From Methanobacteriota archaeon (lineage in GTDB: Archaea > Thermoplasmatota > Thermoplasmata > SG8-5 > JAGLSY01), in the NCBI GenBank assembly GCA_020696385.1, contig JAEHCQ010000002.1, positions 32,001-96,000 on the forward strand: a stretch of 64,000 nucleotides of DNA. The letters are read 5' to 3'. This document shows, in pieces, positions 17,994-26,990 of this stretch. Under the pieces are notes generated by a model, which made no database searches, had not been told where the DNA came from, and saw only the letters and a list, made by a program, of their open reading frames with translations. Position 1 is the stretch's first letter; the number at the start of each line of letters is the position of its first letter. Position numbers and translations under genes: made by a program.

Positions 17994-18641
17994 ATGATGA
18001 GGGCTTGTGAGTTGTGCGGGGAAGAAGTGCCGAAGACATCTGGCAAGTGTTCCAGATGTGGCTTTGAATTCCCACCAGCTATAACTTCCGACACTCGCGA
18101 CCAGGCCATACTCGATAAGAATGATGGTAGGGAAGCTGGGGATATTAAAAAAGGACTGGCAGAGCGATTTTCCAAGTACATTTCCTTTTTCGAGAACATG
18201 GATCCGAACAGCATCAGACCAGATGAGTTCTCGTCCTTCGTGGAAGAGGCGGTATCCCATCTTCACATACCGGCGACAATAGAGCTGGATGATGATATAA
18301 AATTCAATGACAAGGAAAAGCAGGTCATCCTGGTGATATCCAGAAGATTACTGGACCCAGACGCGCTCGATCTTGTTTCCCGAGTACGGACAAGGACAAT
18401 GATCATGCTGACCAATGGCCTATACTCGCTCGAAATGCCAGTGGAATCGATGCAAATGGTGAACATGGCCGTACACCGAGACCCGAAGGATATGGACGCA
18501 CTCTACGGCAAGGCGAAAATTCTGCTATTCGAGAAGAACTACGCGGCCTCGAAGCGATGTCTTGAAAAGATAATAGACAGGCAGCCAGACAGGGACGAGG
18601 CGAAATATCTGCTGGAGATGATAGAGCAGATATCTTCCTAA
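17994..18641 (+). CDS. Zinc-ribbon plus TPR-containing hypothetical protein
   Basis: N-terminal CELC..CSRCG; C-terminal TPR-like helices (DP...ALYGKA.IL...NY..S..CLEK). Confidence 0.65.
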   Translation: MMRACELCGEEVPKTSGKCSRCGFEFPPAITSDTRDQAILDKNDGREAGDIKKGLAERFSKYISFFENMDPNSIRPDEFSSFVEEAVSHLHIPATIELDDDIKFNDKEKQVILVISRRLLDPDALDLVSRVRTRTMIMLTNGLYSLEMPVESMQMVNMAVHRDPKDMDALYGKAKILLFEKNYAASKRCLEKIIDRQPDRDEAKYLLEMIEQISS

Positions 18642-18658
18642 TTCCAAATAATGCTGGC

Positions 18659-19804
18659 CTATTTCATGGGAATTGTAGCTGCCACTTCTGACAGTATATC
18701 CATGCCCTTCTCGATATTCTCAATGGTATTGGCATATGAGAACCTGAGATGACCTTCGCCACCACTGCCGAATGCAGAGCCTGGAGCGCATATCATTCCA
18801 GCCTCAAGAAGCTTCATTGCGAAATCCATACCCAGTATGTCATGATCGAAGGATGGGAAAGCGTAGAAAGCCCCGTTTGGTTTCAAGCATGTGAAGCCGT
18901 CGATCTTGTTGATGCGATCGACGATGACATCTCGCCTTTTCTTGAGGATTGCCACTCGCTCATCTATCTTATTGTCAGGTGCTTCCATCGCCTTCTGGCA
19001 AGCGAACTGCAATGGGGTTGGAGGGCATGCGATATTGTAATATTGGATCTTGGAAAGGTCCTTGATAAGTTCCTCGGAGGAGGCCATGTATCCCACTCTC
19101 CAGCCGGTCATGGCGAAGGATTTTGAGAATGAATTTATGTAAACCACATTGTCATAATCTCCATTAAGGAAGGAATGATGTTCGCCATCGTAGACTATCT
19201 TGTCATACACCTCATCTGATATTATGACGAGATCGTGATCGATGGCTATGTCCCTGATGGCTCGTATGGTGTCCTTGTCTATGACCCCGGATGTTGGGTT
19301 ATTGGGCGTATTGAGTATAATTGCTTTTGTCCGTGTGTTGATAAGCTCCAGTATCTCATCTGGCTGTGGAACGAACGCATGCTCCTGCTTGAGCGAGTAT
19401 TTAACTGGGAAAGCACCGCACATGATCGCGTGTGGTGAGTAAAGCACGAAGCCAGGATCGGGAATGAGGATCTCATCACCATGATCGAAGAGGGCCATCG
19501 CGGACACCAAAAGACCCTGGGTGGCACCTGCGGTGATCATCACGTTCTCACGGGTGACATCCTTCCTGTTCTTATGAAGGCTTTCAGCTATGGAGTCTCT
19601 AAGTGCTGGTAGACCCTTGGTCGGGCCATAGCCATTATGCCCCTCATTGACTGCCTGCGACAAGGCCTGCTTTGCCTCGTCGATAGGTTCAAAATCCAGC
19701 TCACCGATACCAAGATTTATGGTCCCTGGCTTAGCCAATTCGAACATCTTTCTTATTCCGGATATCTCAAGCCTTTTTGTCCTTGCTGCTGCCCAATCTC
19801 TCAT
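18659..19804 (-). CDS. PLP-dependent aminotransferase class I/II (aspartate aminotransferase-like)
   Basis: NTPNNPTSG, SDEVY, SFSKSFAMTGWRVG, PNGAFY, PGSAFG, LRFSY. Confidence 0.92.
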   Translation of the reverse strand: MRDWAAARTKRLEISGIRKMFELAKPGTINLGIGELDFEPIDEAKQALSQAVNEGHNGYGPTKGLPALRDSIAESLHKNRKDVTRENVMITAGATQGLLVSAMALFDHGDEILIPDPGFVLYSPHAIMCGAFPVKYSLKQEHAFVPQPDEILELINTRTKAIILNTPNNPTSGVIDKDTIRAIRDIAIDHDLVIISDEVYDKIVYDGEHHSFLNGDYDNVVYINSFSKSFAMTGWRVGYMASSEELIKDLSKIQYYNIACPPTPLQFACQKAMEAPDNKIDERVAILKKRRDVIVDRINKIDGFTCLKPNGAFYAFPSFDHDILGMDFAMKLLEAGMICAPGSAFGSGGEGHLRFSYANTIENIEKGMDILSEVAATIPMK

Positions 19805-19982
19805 GCGGACAGCAATGATACAACTTGATTTTAAAGTCTTCGGAATGGTTATCACATTTTGTTAAAATATGGCGTGTGAGAATGGCAGAGAGATGTGTGA
19901 TGGAACTTCTGACCAAAACATTCAAAACTTCAGAGTTAGATAGTTTCAGGAAAGTTTATATCACAATGGATATTAACCCTGG

Positions 19983-20705
19983 TTGAGTGATAAAATGCAA
20001 GCAGGACAAATGGCTTATGATAGGGCAATAACTGTATTTTCCCCAGATGGTAGACTGTTCCAAGTAGAATATGCGAGAGTCGCCGTTAGCAGGGGTACGA
20101 CAACAGCCGGTCTTAAATTCAAGGACGGTGTCGTGATAATGGCAGATAAAAAAATGGGCAGCAGGCTCATTGAATCCAATTCAATAGAGAAGATATTCTC
20201 GATCGACAAACACATTGGCTGTGCGACCTCTGGCTTGGTTGCCGATGCTAGAGCATTGGTGGATTATGCAAGAGTTGTCGGGCAGGTCAATAAGGTGACT
20301 TATGAAGAAAGGATAAGCGTCGACATACTGGTCAAGAAGATCTGCGACTACAAGCAGAACTACACCCAGTATGGTGGTGTACGTCCCTTCGGAACCGCCC
20401 TTCTGGTTGGAGGTGTTGATTCACATGGAAACCACCTGTATGAAACAGACCCAAGCGGTGCCTTGATATCCTACAAAGCCGGAAGCATAGGCTCTGGCCG
20501 CGCAGTTGTTATGGAACTCTTCGAGGAGAAGTACAAGGACAATATGAAGATGGAAGACGCCGTGCTCCTTGGTCTTGAAGGTTTGAAGAAAGCCAGTGAT
20601 GATCCATTGACACCAGATACTGTTGAGATCGGCATCATAAGAAAAGACAAGGACTTCGAGAAACTGGACGAGGCCGCTATCAAAAAATACCTCGATAAGT
20701 TATAA
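19983..20705 (+). CDS. psmA: Proteasome alpha subunit
   Basis: YDRAITVFSPDGRLFQVEYA, SGLVADAR, GGVRPFG, ETDPSG. Confidence 0.97.
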   Translation: MSDKMQAGQMAYDRAITVFSPDGRLFQVEYARVAVSRGTTTAGLKFKDGVVIMADKKMGSRLIESNSIEKIFSIDKHIGCATSGLVADARALVDYARVVGQVNKVTYEERISVDILVKKICDYKQNYTQYGGVRPFGTALLVGGVDSHGNHLYETDPSGALISYKAGSIGSGRAVVMELFEEKYKDNMKMEDAVLLGLEGLKKASDDPLTPDTVEIGIIRKDKDFEKLDEAAIKKYLDKL

Positions 20706-20742
20706 GGACTATTATCTCCTTATTACTTCGGGTGTTGATAAG

Positions 20743-21474
20743 ATGGTTAAGGACAGGATGATCCAAAAAGAATATACGGATAATCTAATGGATGGTATGG
20801 TCATTGCGAGCTATGACAGCCATGGGCATACATTTGAGATCATTGTGGAAGCGGATGCCGTGGACAAGATCCGAACAGGAGAGACTGAGGATATTCTGGA
20901 GCACATGCCTGAAGATACTATATTCAAGGATGCCAGAAAGGGAGACCGAGCTTCTGAAGATGCTATAAACCAGGTCTTTCCTTCCAGTGATGTATCGGAT
21001 ATCGTCAAGGTGATAATATCCAAAGGACAGGTCCAGCTTACTACCGAACAGAGAAAGGTGATGACTGAGGAGAAGAGAAAGCAAGTCATTCATCTGATCT
21101 CCAGGGAGGTCATGAACCCACAGACCAAGATGCCACACCCGCCTCAGAGGATCGAGATGGCGATGGACGAAGCAGGAGTGCACATAGACCCTTTCAAATC
21201 CGTCAATGTCCAGATGAAGGAGGTCGTGGATGCTTTAAGACCACTTCTTCCTATAAGCTTCGAGAAGGTGAAGATGGCCGTCAAGGTCTCCGCAACAGAT
21301 TATGGTAGATGCTTTGGCGACATCAAGAATTTTGGAAAGATCATAAGAGAGGAATGGCAAAATGATGGCTCATGGATCGGTGTCATAGAGATGGCTGGCG
21401 GACTTCAAACGGACTTCATGTCCAAGATAGGTGAGAAGACCAAGGGAGCTGCTGATATCAAGGTGGTCAGGTAG
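20743..21474 (+). CDS. Ribosome maturation protein SBDS/Sdo1
   Basis: IFKDA.KG.RAS, G.VQLT.EQR, NPQT..PHPP.RIE.AM, HIDPFK, EEW..DGSW. Confidence 0.95.
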   Translation: MVKDRMIQKEYTDNLMDGMVIASYDSHGHTFEIIVEADAVDKIRTGETEDILEHMPEDTIFKDARKGDRASEDAINQVFPSSDVSDIVKVIISKGQVQLTTEQRKVMTEEKRKQVIHLISREVMNPQTKMPHPPQRIEMAMDEAGVHIDPFKSVNVQMKEVVDALRPLLPISFEKVKMAVKVSATDYGRCFGDIKNFGKIIREEWQNDGSWIGVIEMAGGLQTDFMSKIGEKTKGAADIKVVR

Positions 21475-21511
21475 AACCAAAAACCCACCACCAATTTCTA
21501 AGGATGATAAA

Positions 21512-22237
21512 ATGAACTCACAGGAAGCTACTCCGAATGAAAGGGTATTTGTTTTACCTGGAGATATTCTTGGAGATGATAGTTTTAAATCAGGATCTGG
21601 AACCTACATCAAGGATGGTGTGATCCATGCCGCACAGGTTGGAGTTCTGAACATTAACAGGGATTTTATCAATATAATGCCTGCCTTCAGCAGTTATGTC
21701 CCCAAACATGGAGACTCCGTTATCGGAATAATAGTTGATAATGGTCCTTCCAGTTGGATGGTTAATATCGGCTGTCCATACACTGCCATGATGCACACGA
21801 ATGACGTACAATGGAATGTCAAATACGGCGATACTGGTAAGTACCTGAAACCTGGTGATGCCATACTGGCAAAGGTCTCCAATGTGAACGAGGTCAAAAA
21901 GATTCAGATCGCGATGAAAGAGCATGGCCTGAGAAAGCTGGAAAGCGGGATACTGGTCAAGGTACCACAACCCAAGGTCCCACGAATTATTGGTAAGGGG
22001 GGATCGATGATCGCCATGCTGAAACAGAAGACCCAGACAAGGATGTTCGTGGGTCAAAATGGCATGATATGGGTCGAAGGCGAGGATAATAATATGGAGG
22101 TTGTGTCGCAGGCGATACAAATCATCAAGGACAGGGCCCACGTGTCCGGACTGACGGATTATATGGAGAACTATCTGGATAGCCAGGACTGTCGCGATAG
22201 TCGCGACAGTCCTGATATTGGAAGTAATGGGGATTGA
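21512..22237 (+). CDS. rrp4: Exosome RNA-binding protein Rrp4
   Basis: V.PGD.L, Y.PK.GD.VIG.I, KH motif [25 protein letters not shown]; start MNSQE 21512. Confidence 0.93.
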   Translation: MNSQEATPNERVFVLPGDILGDDSFKSGSGTYIKDGVIHAAQVGVLNINRDFINIMPAFSSYVPKHGDSVIGIIVDNGPSSWMVNIGCPYTAMMHTNDVQWNVKYGDTGKYLKPGDAILAKVSNVNEVKKIQIAMKEHGLRKLESGILVKVPQPKVPRIIGKGGSMIAMLKQKTQTRMFVGQNGMIWVEGEDNNMEVVSQAIQIIKDRAHVSGLTDYMENYLDSQDCRDSRDSPDIGSNGD

Positions 22238-23004
22238 AAATGGATAATGTACAACTTATTGATGATAATGGCAAAAGGAATGATGGCAGAGGTCCAGAAG
22301 ATCTCAGACCCATCAAGATCGAGGCCGGGGTCCTTAACAATGCAGATGGCTCCGCTTATATCGAATGGGGCAAGAACAAGATCATTGTCGGAGTCTATGG
22401 ACCGAGGGAGATGCATCAAAAACATCTTCAAAAGCCAGACAGAGCCATCGTCCAAGTCAATTACAGCATGGCCAGCTTCTCCGTGGATGAAAGAAAGAGA
22501 CCGGGCCAAGGTAGAAGGGAGCTTGAGATCTCCAAGATATTATCCGAAGCACTGGAGAGATCGATCATATCGAACAAATACCCGAGAACCTCGATAGATG
22601 TTTTTATCGAGGTCTTGGAAGCAAATGCGGGAACCAGATGTGCTGGACTGACCGCGGCCTCGGTCGCGATGGCCGATGCCGGTATTCCGATGACTGGACT
22701 GATCGCATCATGCGCTTCAGGGAAAGTGGATGGACAGGTTGTCCTTGACCTTGACAAGCTGGAGGATAATACAGGAGATGCGGACCTGCCAGTGGGGTAT
22801 ATCCCATTGACAGACGAGGTCGTGCTTTTGCAGATGGACGGACACCTTACACCACAGGAATTCGATAAGGCATTCGGCCTGGCAAAAAATGCATGTGTCG
22901 AGATTCATCAGCTGCAGAGGGATGCTCTGACAAAGAAATATTCACAAGATCCAGATGAAGATAATGGAGAAGACCAAGCTGGCGAGGAGGTGGTTTCTGA
23001 ATGA
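22234..23004 (+). CDS. rrp41: Exosome complex exonuclease Rrp41
   Basis: R.DGR...LRPI, ADGSAY.EWG, YGPRE, AGTRCA, LD..K.ED..G.AD.P. Confidence 0.96.
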   Translation: MKMDNVQLIDDNGKRNDGRGPEDLRPIKIEAGVLNNADGSAYIEWGKNKIIVGVYGPREMHQKHLQKPDRAIVQVNYSMASFSVDERKRPGQGRRELEISKILSEALERSIISNKYPRTSIDVFIEVLEANAGTRCAGLTAASVAMADAGIPMTGLIASCASGKVDGQVVLDLDKLEDNTGDADLPVGYIPLTDEVVLLQMDGHLTPQEFDKAFGLAKNACVEIHQLQRDALTKKYSQDPDEDNGEDQAGEEVVSE

Positions 23005-23780
23005 AGGACATCGTGCCAGATCTCAGGGTGGAGCAAATAAAAAGGCTGGCATCCAGTGGAAAGCGACTGGATGGTAGAGGACTTGAACAATTCCGGGATA
23101 TCGAGATACAAAAGAATGTTCTGGGCAGTGCGGAGGGATCTGCAAGGATCAAGCTGGGCAAGACAGATATCATCGTCGGCATAAAGGTCGGAATGGGTCA
23201 GCCGTATAGCAATAAGCCAGATCATGGAATGCTGGCAACCAGTGTGGAGCTCAAGCCCATCGCTCACCATAGTTTTGACCAGAACACCACGAAGCCCATG
23301 TCCATCGAGATATCCAGGGTCGTTGACAGAGGAATTCGGGAAAGTGGCATGATCGACCTGAAAAGCCTATGTTTGGAATCTGGCAAGAAATGCTGGATGG
23401 TGAATCTGGATATCATGGTATTGGATTTTGATGGTAATTTGATCGATGCATCCACGATCGGAAGCCTGATCGCGCTTTCCGGTACCAATGTGCCCGCATC
23501 TAACTTCGGCATGGGTAAAGATTTCTCGCTGCCGATTGGAGATATGCCTGTTTCGACCACATTTGTCAAGATCGGAGAACATATTTTGATCGATCCAACA
23601 GGCGTTGAAGAGGCTGTGGCCGATGCCCGTTTGACCATCACCACCGATGCCTCAGGAAACCTAAGAGCTATGCAGAAAGGTTTAAGTGGGGCTCTTTATT
23701 ACGAGGACGTTACCAAAGCTATAGAACACTCCATAAAAACAGGTAAGGACATAAGGGAAATCATCCAAAGGAGGGATTAA
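23001..23780 (+). CDS. rrp42: Exosome complex component Rrp42
   Basis: R.DGR....FR, AEGSA...[24 protein letters not shown]...EE, QKG. Confidence 0.95.
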   Translation: MKDIVPDLRVEQIKRLASSGKRLDGRGLEQFRDIEIQKNVLGSAEGSARIKLGKTDIIVGIKVGMGQPYSNKPDHGMLATSVELKPIAHHSFDQNTTKPMSIEISRVVDRGIRESGMIDLKSLCLESGKKCWMVNLDIMVLDFDGNLIDASTIGSLIALSGTNVPASNFGMGKDFSLPIGDMPVSTTFVKIGEHILIDPTGVEEAVADARLTITTDASGNLRAMQKGLSGALYYEDVTKAIEHSIKTGKDIREIIQRRD

Positions 23781-23783
23781 TAA

Positions 23784-24188
23784 ATGGCAAGGCGAACCAA
23801 GAAAGTTGGAATTACAGGCAAGTTTGGACCCAGATACGGTGTCACAGTTAGAAAGAAGATTAAGGAAGCCAGCAAGGCAAGGCAGTCCCCACAGAAGTGC
23901 CCGGAGTGTCAATACTCCGCGGTCAAGAGGGAAAGCAGTGGTATCTGGATATGCAGTCATTGTGGCCTTAAGTTCGCGGCCTCGGCCTATTCGATCAAGA
24001 CCAGGGAATTCAAGAAGGAACAGGCCACTATGCTGGAATATGAAGAATTAAGCCCTGATGAATTGGCTGCTGTAGAGGTCGAAGAGCCAGTGCAAGAGGA
24101 GATCATCGAAACAGAGGTCGTGGAAGAAGAGCTCGTCCCTGAAGAGATAGGCTCCGAGATGGAAATGGAAACCGAAGAGGTGGAATGA
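23784..24188 (+). CDS. rpl37ae: 50S ribosomal protein eL43 (L37Ae) with long Glu-rich C-terminal tail
   Basis: RTKKVG.TGKFGPRYG, CPEC...VKR...GIW.C..C. Confidence 0.95.
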   Translation: MARRTKKVGITGKFGPRYGVTVRKKIKEASKARQSPQKCPECQYSAVKRESSGIWICSHCGLKFAASAYSIKTREFKKEQATMLEYEELSPDELAAVEVEEPVQEEIIETEVVEEELVPEEIGSEMEMETEEVE

Positions 24189-24189
24189 T

Positions 24190-24324
24190 ATGTACAGATG
24201 TGGGAAGTGCAAGAATCAAATCAGAGGAGACACCAATATCGTCGGTATCCAGTGTACGAATTGTGGCTCAAAGATCTTTTACAAAGAGAGACCGAACGTG
24301 AAGAAATCCATACAGGCGAGATGA
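24190..24324 (+). CDS. rpoP: DNA-directed RNA polymerase subunit Rpo12 (P), not in ORF track
   Basis: Translated by hand: MYRCGKCKNQIRGDTNIVGIQCTNCGSKIFYKERPNVKKSIQAR*; conserved position after eL43. Confidence 0.93.
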   Translation: MYRCGKCKNQIRGDTNIVGIQCTNCGSKIFYKERPNVKKSIQAR

Positions 24325-24328
24325 TACC

Positions 24329-24763
24329 TTGCCTGTGAAGAACTTCGAAATGGTCTCCATAGATGCCAGGCGCTTTTCAAAACCTGGCGAGAAGCATACC
24401 AATATCAGAATAGATCACAATAGCTCGATCACCCAGATAGTGGAGATCAATGACAAGGAAGCTGGCATTGATTACCGCTTCACTGCCAATTACACAGGTA
24501 TTGGCGTCATTAAGATCGAGGGAAGGATAGTTTTCGAGGGAAACGCTGCTGAGATAGCGCACATGTGGGCCACTGAGCACAAGATGCCCGATGATGTCGC
24601 CAATCAGATTCATGGTGCGATAATGAGCAATTGCTTGCCAGAAGCCGTCATACTGGCAAGGGACATTAGATTGCCACCGCCCATACCGATGCCACAGGTG
24701 AAAGTGGGTGGCCAGCAACAGGATAAGAAGTCCCAGCCATCCAGTGGCATTGAAGTCGCTTAG
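24329..24763 (+). CDS. Conserved archaeal hypothetical protein (possibly SecB-like fold)
   Basis: Co-oriented with rpoP, 4 nt after its stop; beta-rich N-terminal part, helix, then LPPPIPMP motif. Confidence 0.6.
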   Translation: MPVKNFEMVSIDARRFSKPGEKHTNIRIDHNSSITQIVEINDKEAGIDYRFTANYTGIGVIKIEGRIVFEGNAAEIAHMWATEHKMPDDVANQIHGAIMSNCLPEAVILARDIRLPPPIPMPQVKVGGQQQDKKSQPSSGIEVA

Positions 24764-24866
24764 ACTTCAAAGCCCTCCAGTGGTATTGAAGTCACTTAGA
24801 CTTCAAAACCCTCCAGTGGTATTGAGATTGCTTAACCTCAAAACTCTCAGGTGGTATTGAGGTAGT
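24737..24866 (+). repeat. Tandem repeat, ~3.5 copies, period 36/36/35 bp, with internal inverted repeats
   Basis: TCCAGTGG at 24740, 24776 and 24812; GTGGTATTGA again at 24851; TTGAAGTC/GACTTCAA inverted repeat. Confidence 0.9.
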
Positions 24867-24888
24867 GAGATATCTATCTAAACAAACA

Positions 24889-25554
24889 TCACACCAGTTT
24901 TCCATCTCTCATTCTTATCACACGATCGGTCACATCCGCAATCTCCCGCTCATGAGTGACAAGAATAATGGTCTTCCCGCTCTCTGCCAGTCTCTTGAAG
25001 AGCTGTATGATGTATTGGCCTGTTTCGGAATCCAAGTTACCCGTGGGCTCGTCGGCCAGGATTATCGGAGGATCGTTCATGAGGGCCCTAGCAATGGCCA
25101 CCCTCTGTCTCTCCCCTCCACTGAGTTGATTTGGCAGGTGATCATGCCTGTGATCCATGCCCACCGCGGCCAGAAGCTCCAACGCTCTATCCGGAAATTG
25201 CTCATTGTCGAACATCTGGGGCAACATCACGTTCTCCAGTGATGTCAAAGTGGGCACCAGATTGAAGAATTGGAAGACAAAGCCAATATTCTCCTTCCTG
25301 AACCTTGTCAGGGCCTTGTCCCCCAAGTTACCAGCCTCACTTCCATTTATGAACACATTACCGGATGTTGGTGAATCCAGGCACCCGACTATGTGAAGAA
25401 GGGTTGATTTCCCAGCACCACTGGGCCCCGAGATGGAGACGAATTCCCCTTTCTCTATCACCATATCCAGGCCGTCCAGTGCCTTGATGGTCGTAGTGCC
25501 CATCTGATAGAATTTCTCTATGCCCTCCAGTTTTATCATATCACCATCACTCAT
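24889..25554 (-). CDS. ABC transporter ATP-binding protein (LolD/MacB family)
   Basis: [46 protein letters not shown]. Confidence 0.93.
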   Translation of the reverse strand: MSDGDMIKLEGIEKFYQMGTTTIKALDGLDMVIEKGEFVSISGPSGAGKSTLLHIVGCLDSPTSGNVFINGSEAGNLGDKALTRFRKENIGFVFQFFNLVPTLTSLENVMLPQMFDNEQFPDRALELLAAVGMDHRHDHLPNQLSGGERQRVAIARALMNDPPIILADEPTGNLDSETGQYIIQLFKRLAESGKTIILVTHEREIADVTDRVIRMRDGKLV

Positions 25555-26863
25555 AGCGCAGTGCCTCCGTGGGTTCCAGGGAAGCCGCCTTGTAAGCGGG
25601 GTATAGAGCGGCCAGTAAGGCCACACTCACACTCAATATCGCCGCGACCAAGATTATAAAAAGAGTGAGGGATGCAGGGGCGAAGAAAAGGCCTCCAGCA
25701 CCTGCTTCATACTGCGTGTCGAAATAAATTGAAAGTCCACCACCAATGACACCACCGATGAGAAGGGAAAGGAGAGCGAGGAAGGTGGCCTCAGCGAGTA
25801 TTAGACGGTAAACTCCCGTTTTAGGTATTCCCACGGCCTTGAGAGTTCCGATCTCCCTCCTACGCTCGGTCACGCTCATGAGCATGGTATTACTTATCCC
25901 GACAACCGTGATGACGGAAGAAAGTAGCAGAACCGCATATAGCCAGCCATCCACAGTTCTCTTCCTCTCCTCCTGAATCCCGATCTCCTTTTCATGGGAG
26001 ATAATTATGTTATTGATGTAATTCTCATTGTCACTGATGGCATTGTCACTGATGCCAGTAGCTTCTTTTATTTCGGAATTGAGCTCGCGGAAATTTATCT
26101 TAGATGCATCCTCGATGTAGATGGATGCGAAGAAGTAGTAGTACTCGTTAGTGGCATTATTGTACAGGCCAGTCTCTCGTGAAATGAACTCGATCGGTGT
26201 GGCGGCGAACCTGTCATAGATTATATTGGGCTCCAGTATGCCGGCTATGGTCACATCCTCCACCATGATGACATCCCCGGTCATGAAGGACAATGTCTCA
26301 AGATCTATCACGTCTCCCACTCTGGCTGAAGGATAGTTCATCTCCCACAGCTCATTACCAAGGATCACCTGGCGCTCGGTGTCCAGGGCCAAAAAGGAGC
26401 CATCAACCTCGGTTGTTTCCGGGTCGAACTTTATGAAATCGTATTTTATGCCCTTCTCCGGATCAAGGCCGAAGAGAATGAACATCTCGTCCGACTCTGG
26501 ATTCGTTGGTGACAGTAGATTGATAGCAAGAGGGAAAACCTCTCCCGTCGTATTATGTTCTTCACAATAATCTATGACCAGCTCCTCGACATCCTCCAGT
26601 TCAGTGTTAGTGAAGTAATCACGGTTGAACACATCCATGACCATGATGGTTATGTACCCGGCTCTTTGCTCAGCCAGTGCCTCCTCCCTATCGGATATCT
26701 CGGCCATGATATCGTCCTTCAGTCCCTGGCTGATGGATGCGAAAAGGATGAAGAAAGCGATGCACACGGATATACCAACTATGGTAATGCCAGAGCGGAG
26801 GGCCCGACTCTTCACATGGCTGGCCACATATCGCATTACTCCCAGGGGTTTGGTTTTGCTCAT
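25547..26863 (-). CDS. ABC transporter permease (FtsX/MacB family)
   Basis: N-terminal TM, large extracytoplasmic loop, NTMLMSVTERRREIGTLKAVG, YPA.KAA.L.P.EALRYE; start MSKTK 26863. Confidence 0.9.
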   Translation of the reverse strand: MSKTKPLGVMRYVASHVKSRALRSGITIVGISVCIAFFILFASISQGLKDDIMAEISDREEALAEQRAGYITIMVMDVFNRDYFTNTELEDVEELVIDYCEEHNTTGEVFPLAINLLSPTNPESDEMFILFGLDPEKGIKYDFIKFDPETTEVDGSFLALDTERQVILGNELWEMNYPSARVGDVIDLETLSFMTGDVIMVEDVTIAGILEPNIIYDRFAATPIEFISRETGLYNNATNEYYYFFASIYIEDASKINFRELNSEIKEATGISDNAISDNENYINNIIISHEKEIGIQEERKRTVDGWLYAVLLLSSVITVVGISNTMLMSVTERRREIGTLKAVGIPKTGVYRLILAEATFLALLSLLIGGVIGGGLSIYFDTQYEAGAGGLFFAPASLTLFIILVAAILSVSVALLAALYPAYKAASLEPTEALRYE

Positions 26864-26990
26864 CGGATTGGTAAGGATGGGGAAGTATAAGGGGATTTTG
26901 ATGGGTACTGGGAATGCCCAAATAACTTTTATATCAATATATTTATATTCAACATCCAATATACCGACTGAATAACGGATGGGATGTCCA

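Noticed and set aside
17933-18214. Long N-terminal extensions in the ORF track (also 21431-21511, 25555-25626, 26864-27112 and 37608-37697)
   Set aside because: They overlap neighbouring real genes or promoters, and family similarity begins at downstream Met codons.
24737-24866. CRISPR array or TIGR-type guide array
   Set aside because: The sequences between repeats are only ~9 nt and nearly identical, so there are no unique spacers. No cas or Nop-domain gene is in the window and no box C/D motifs are present.
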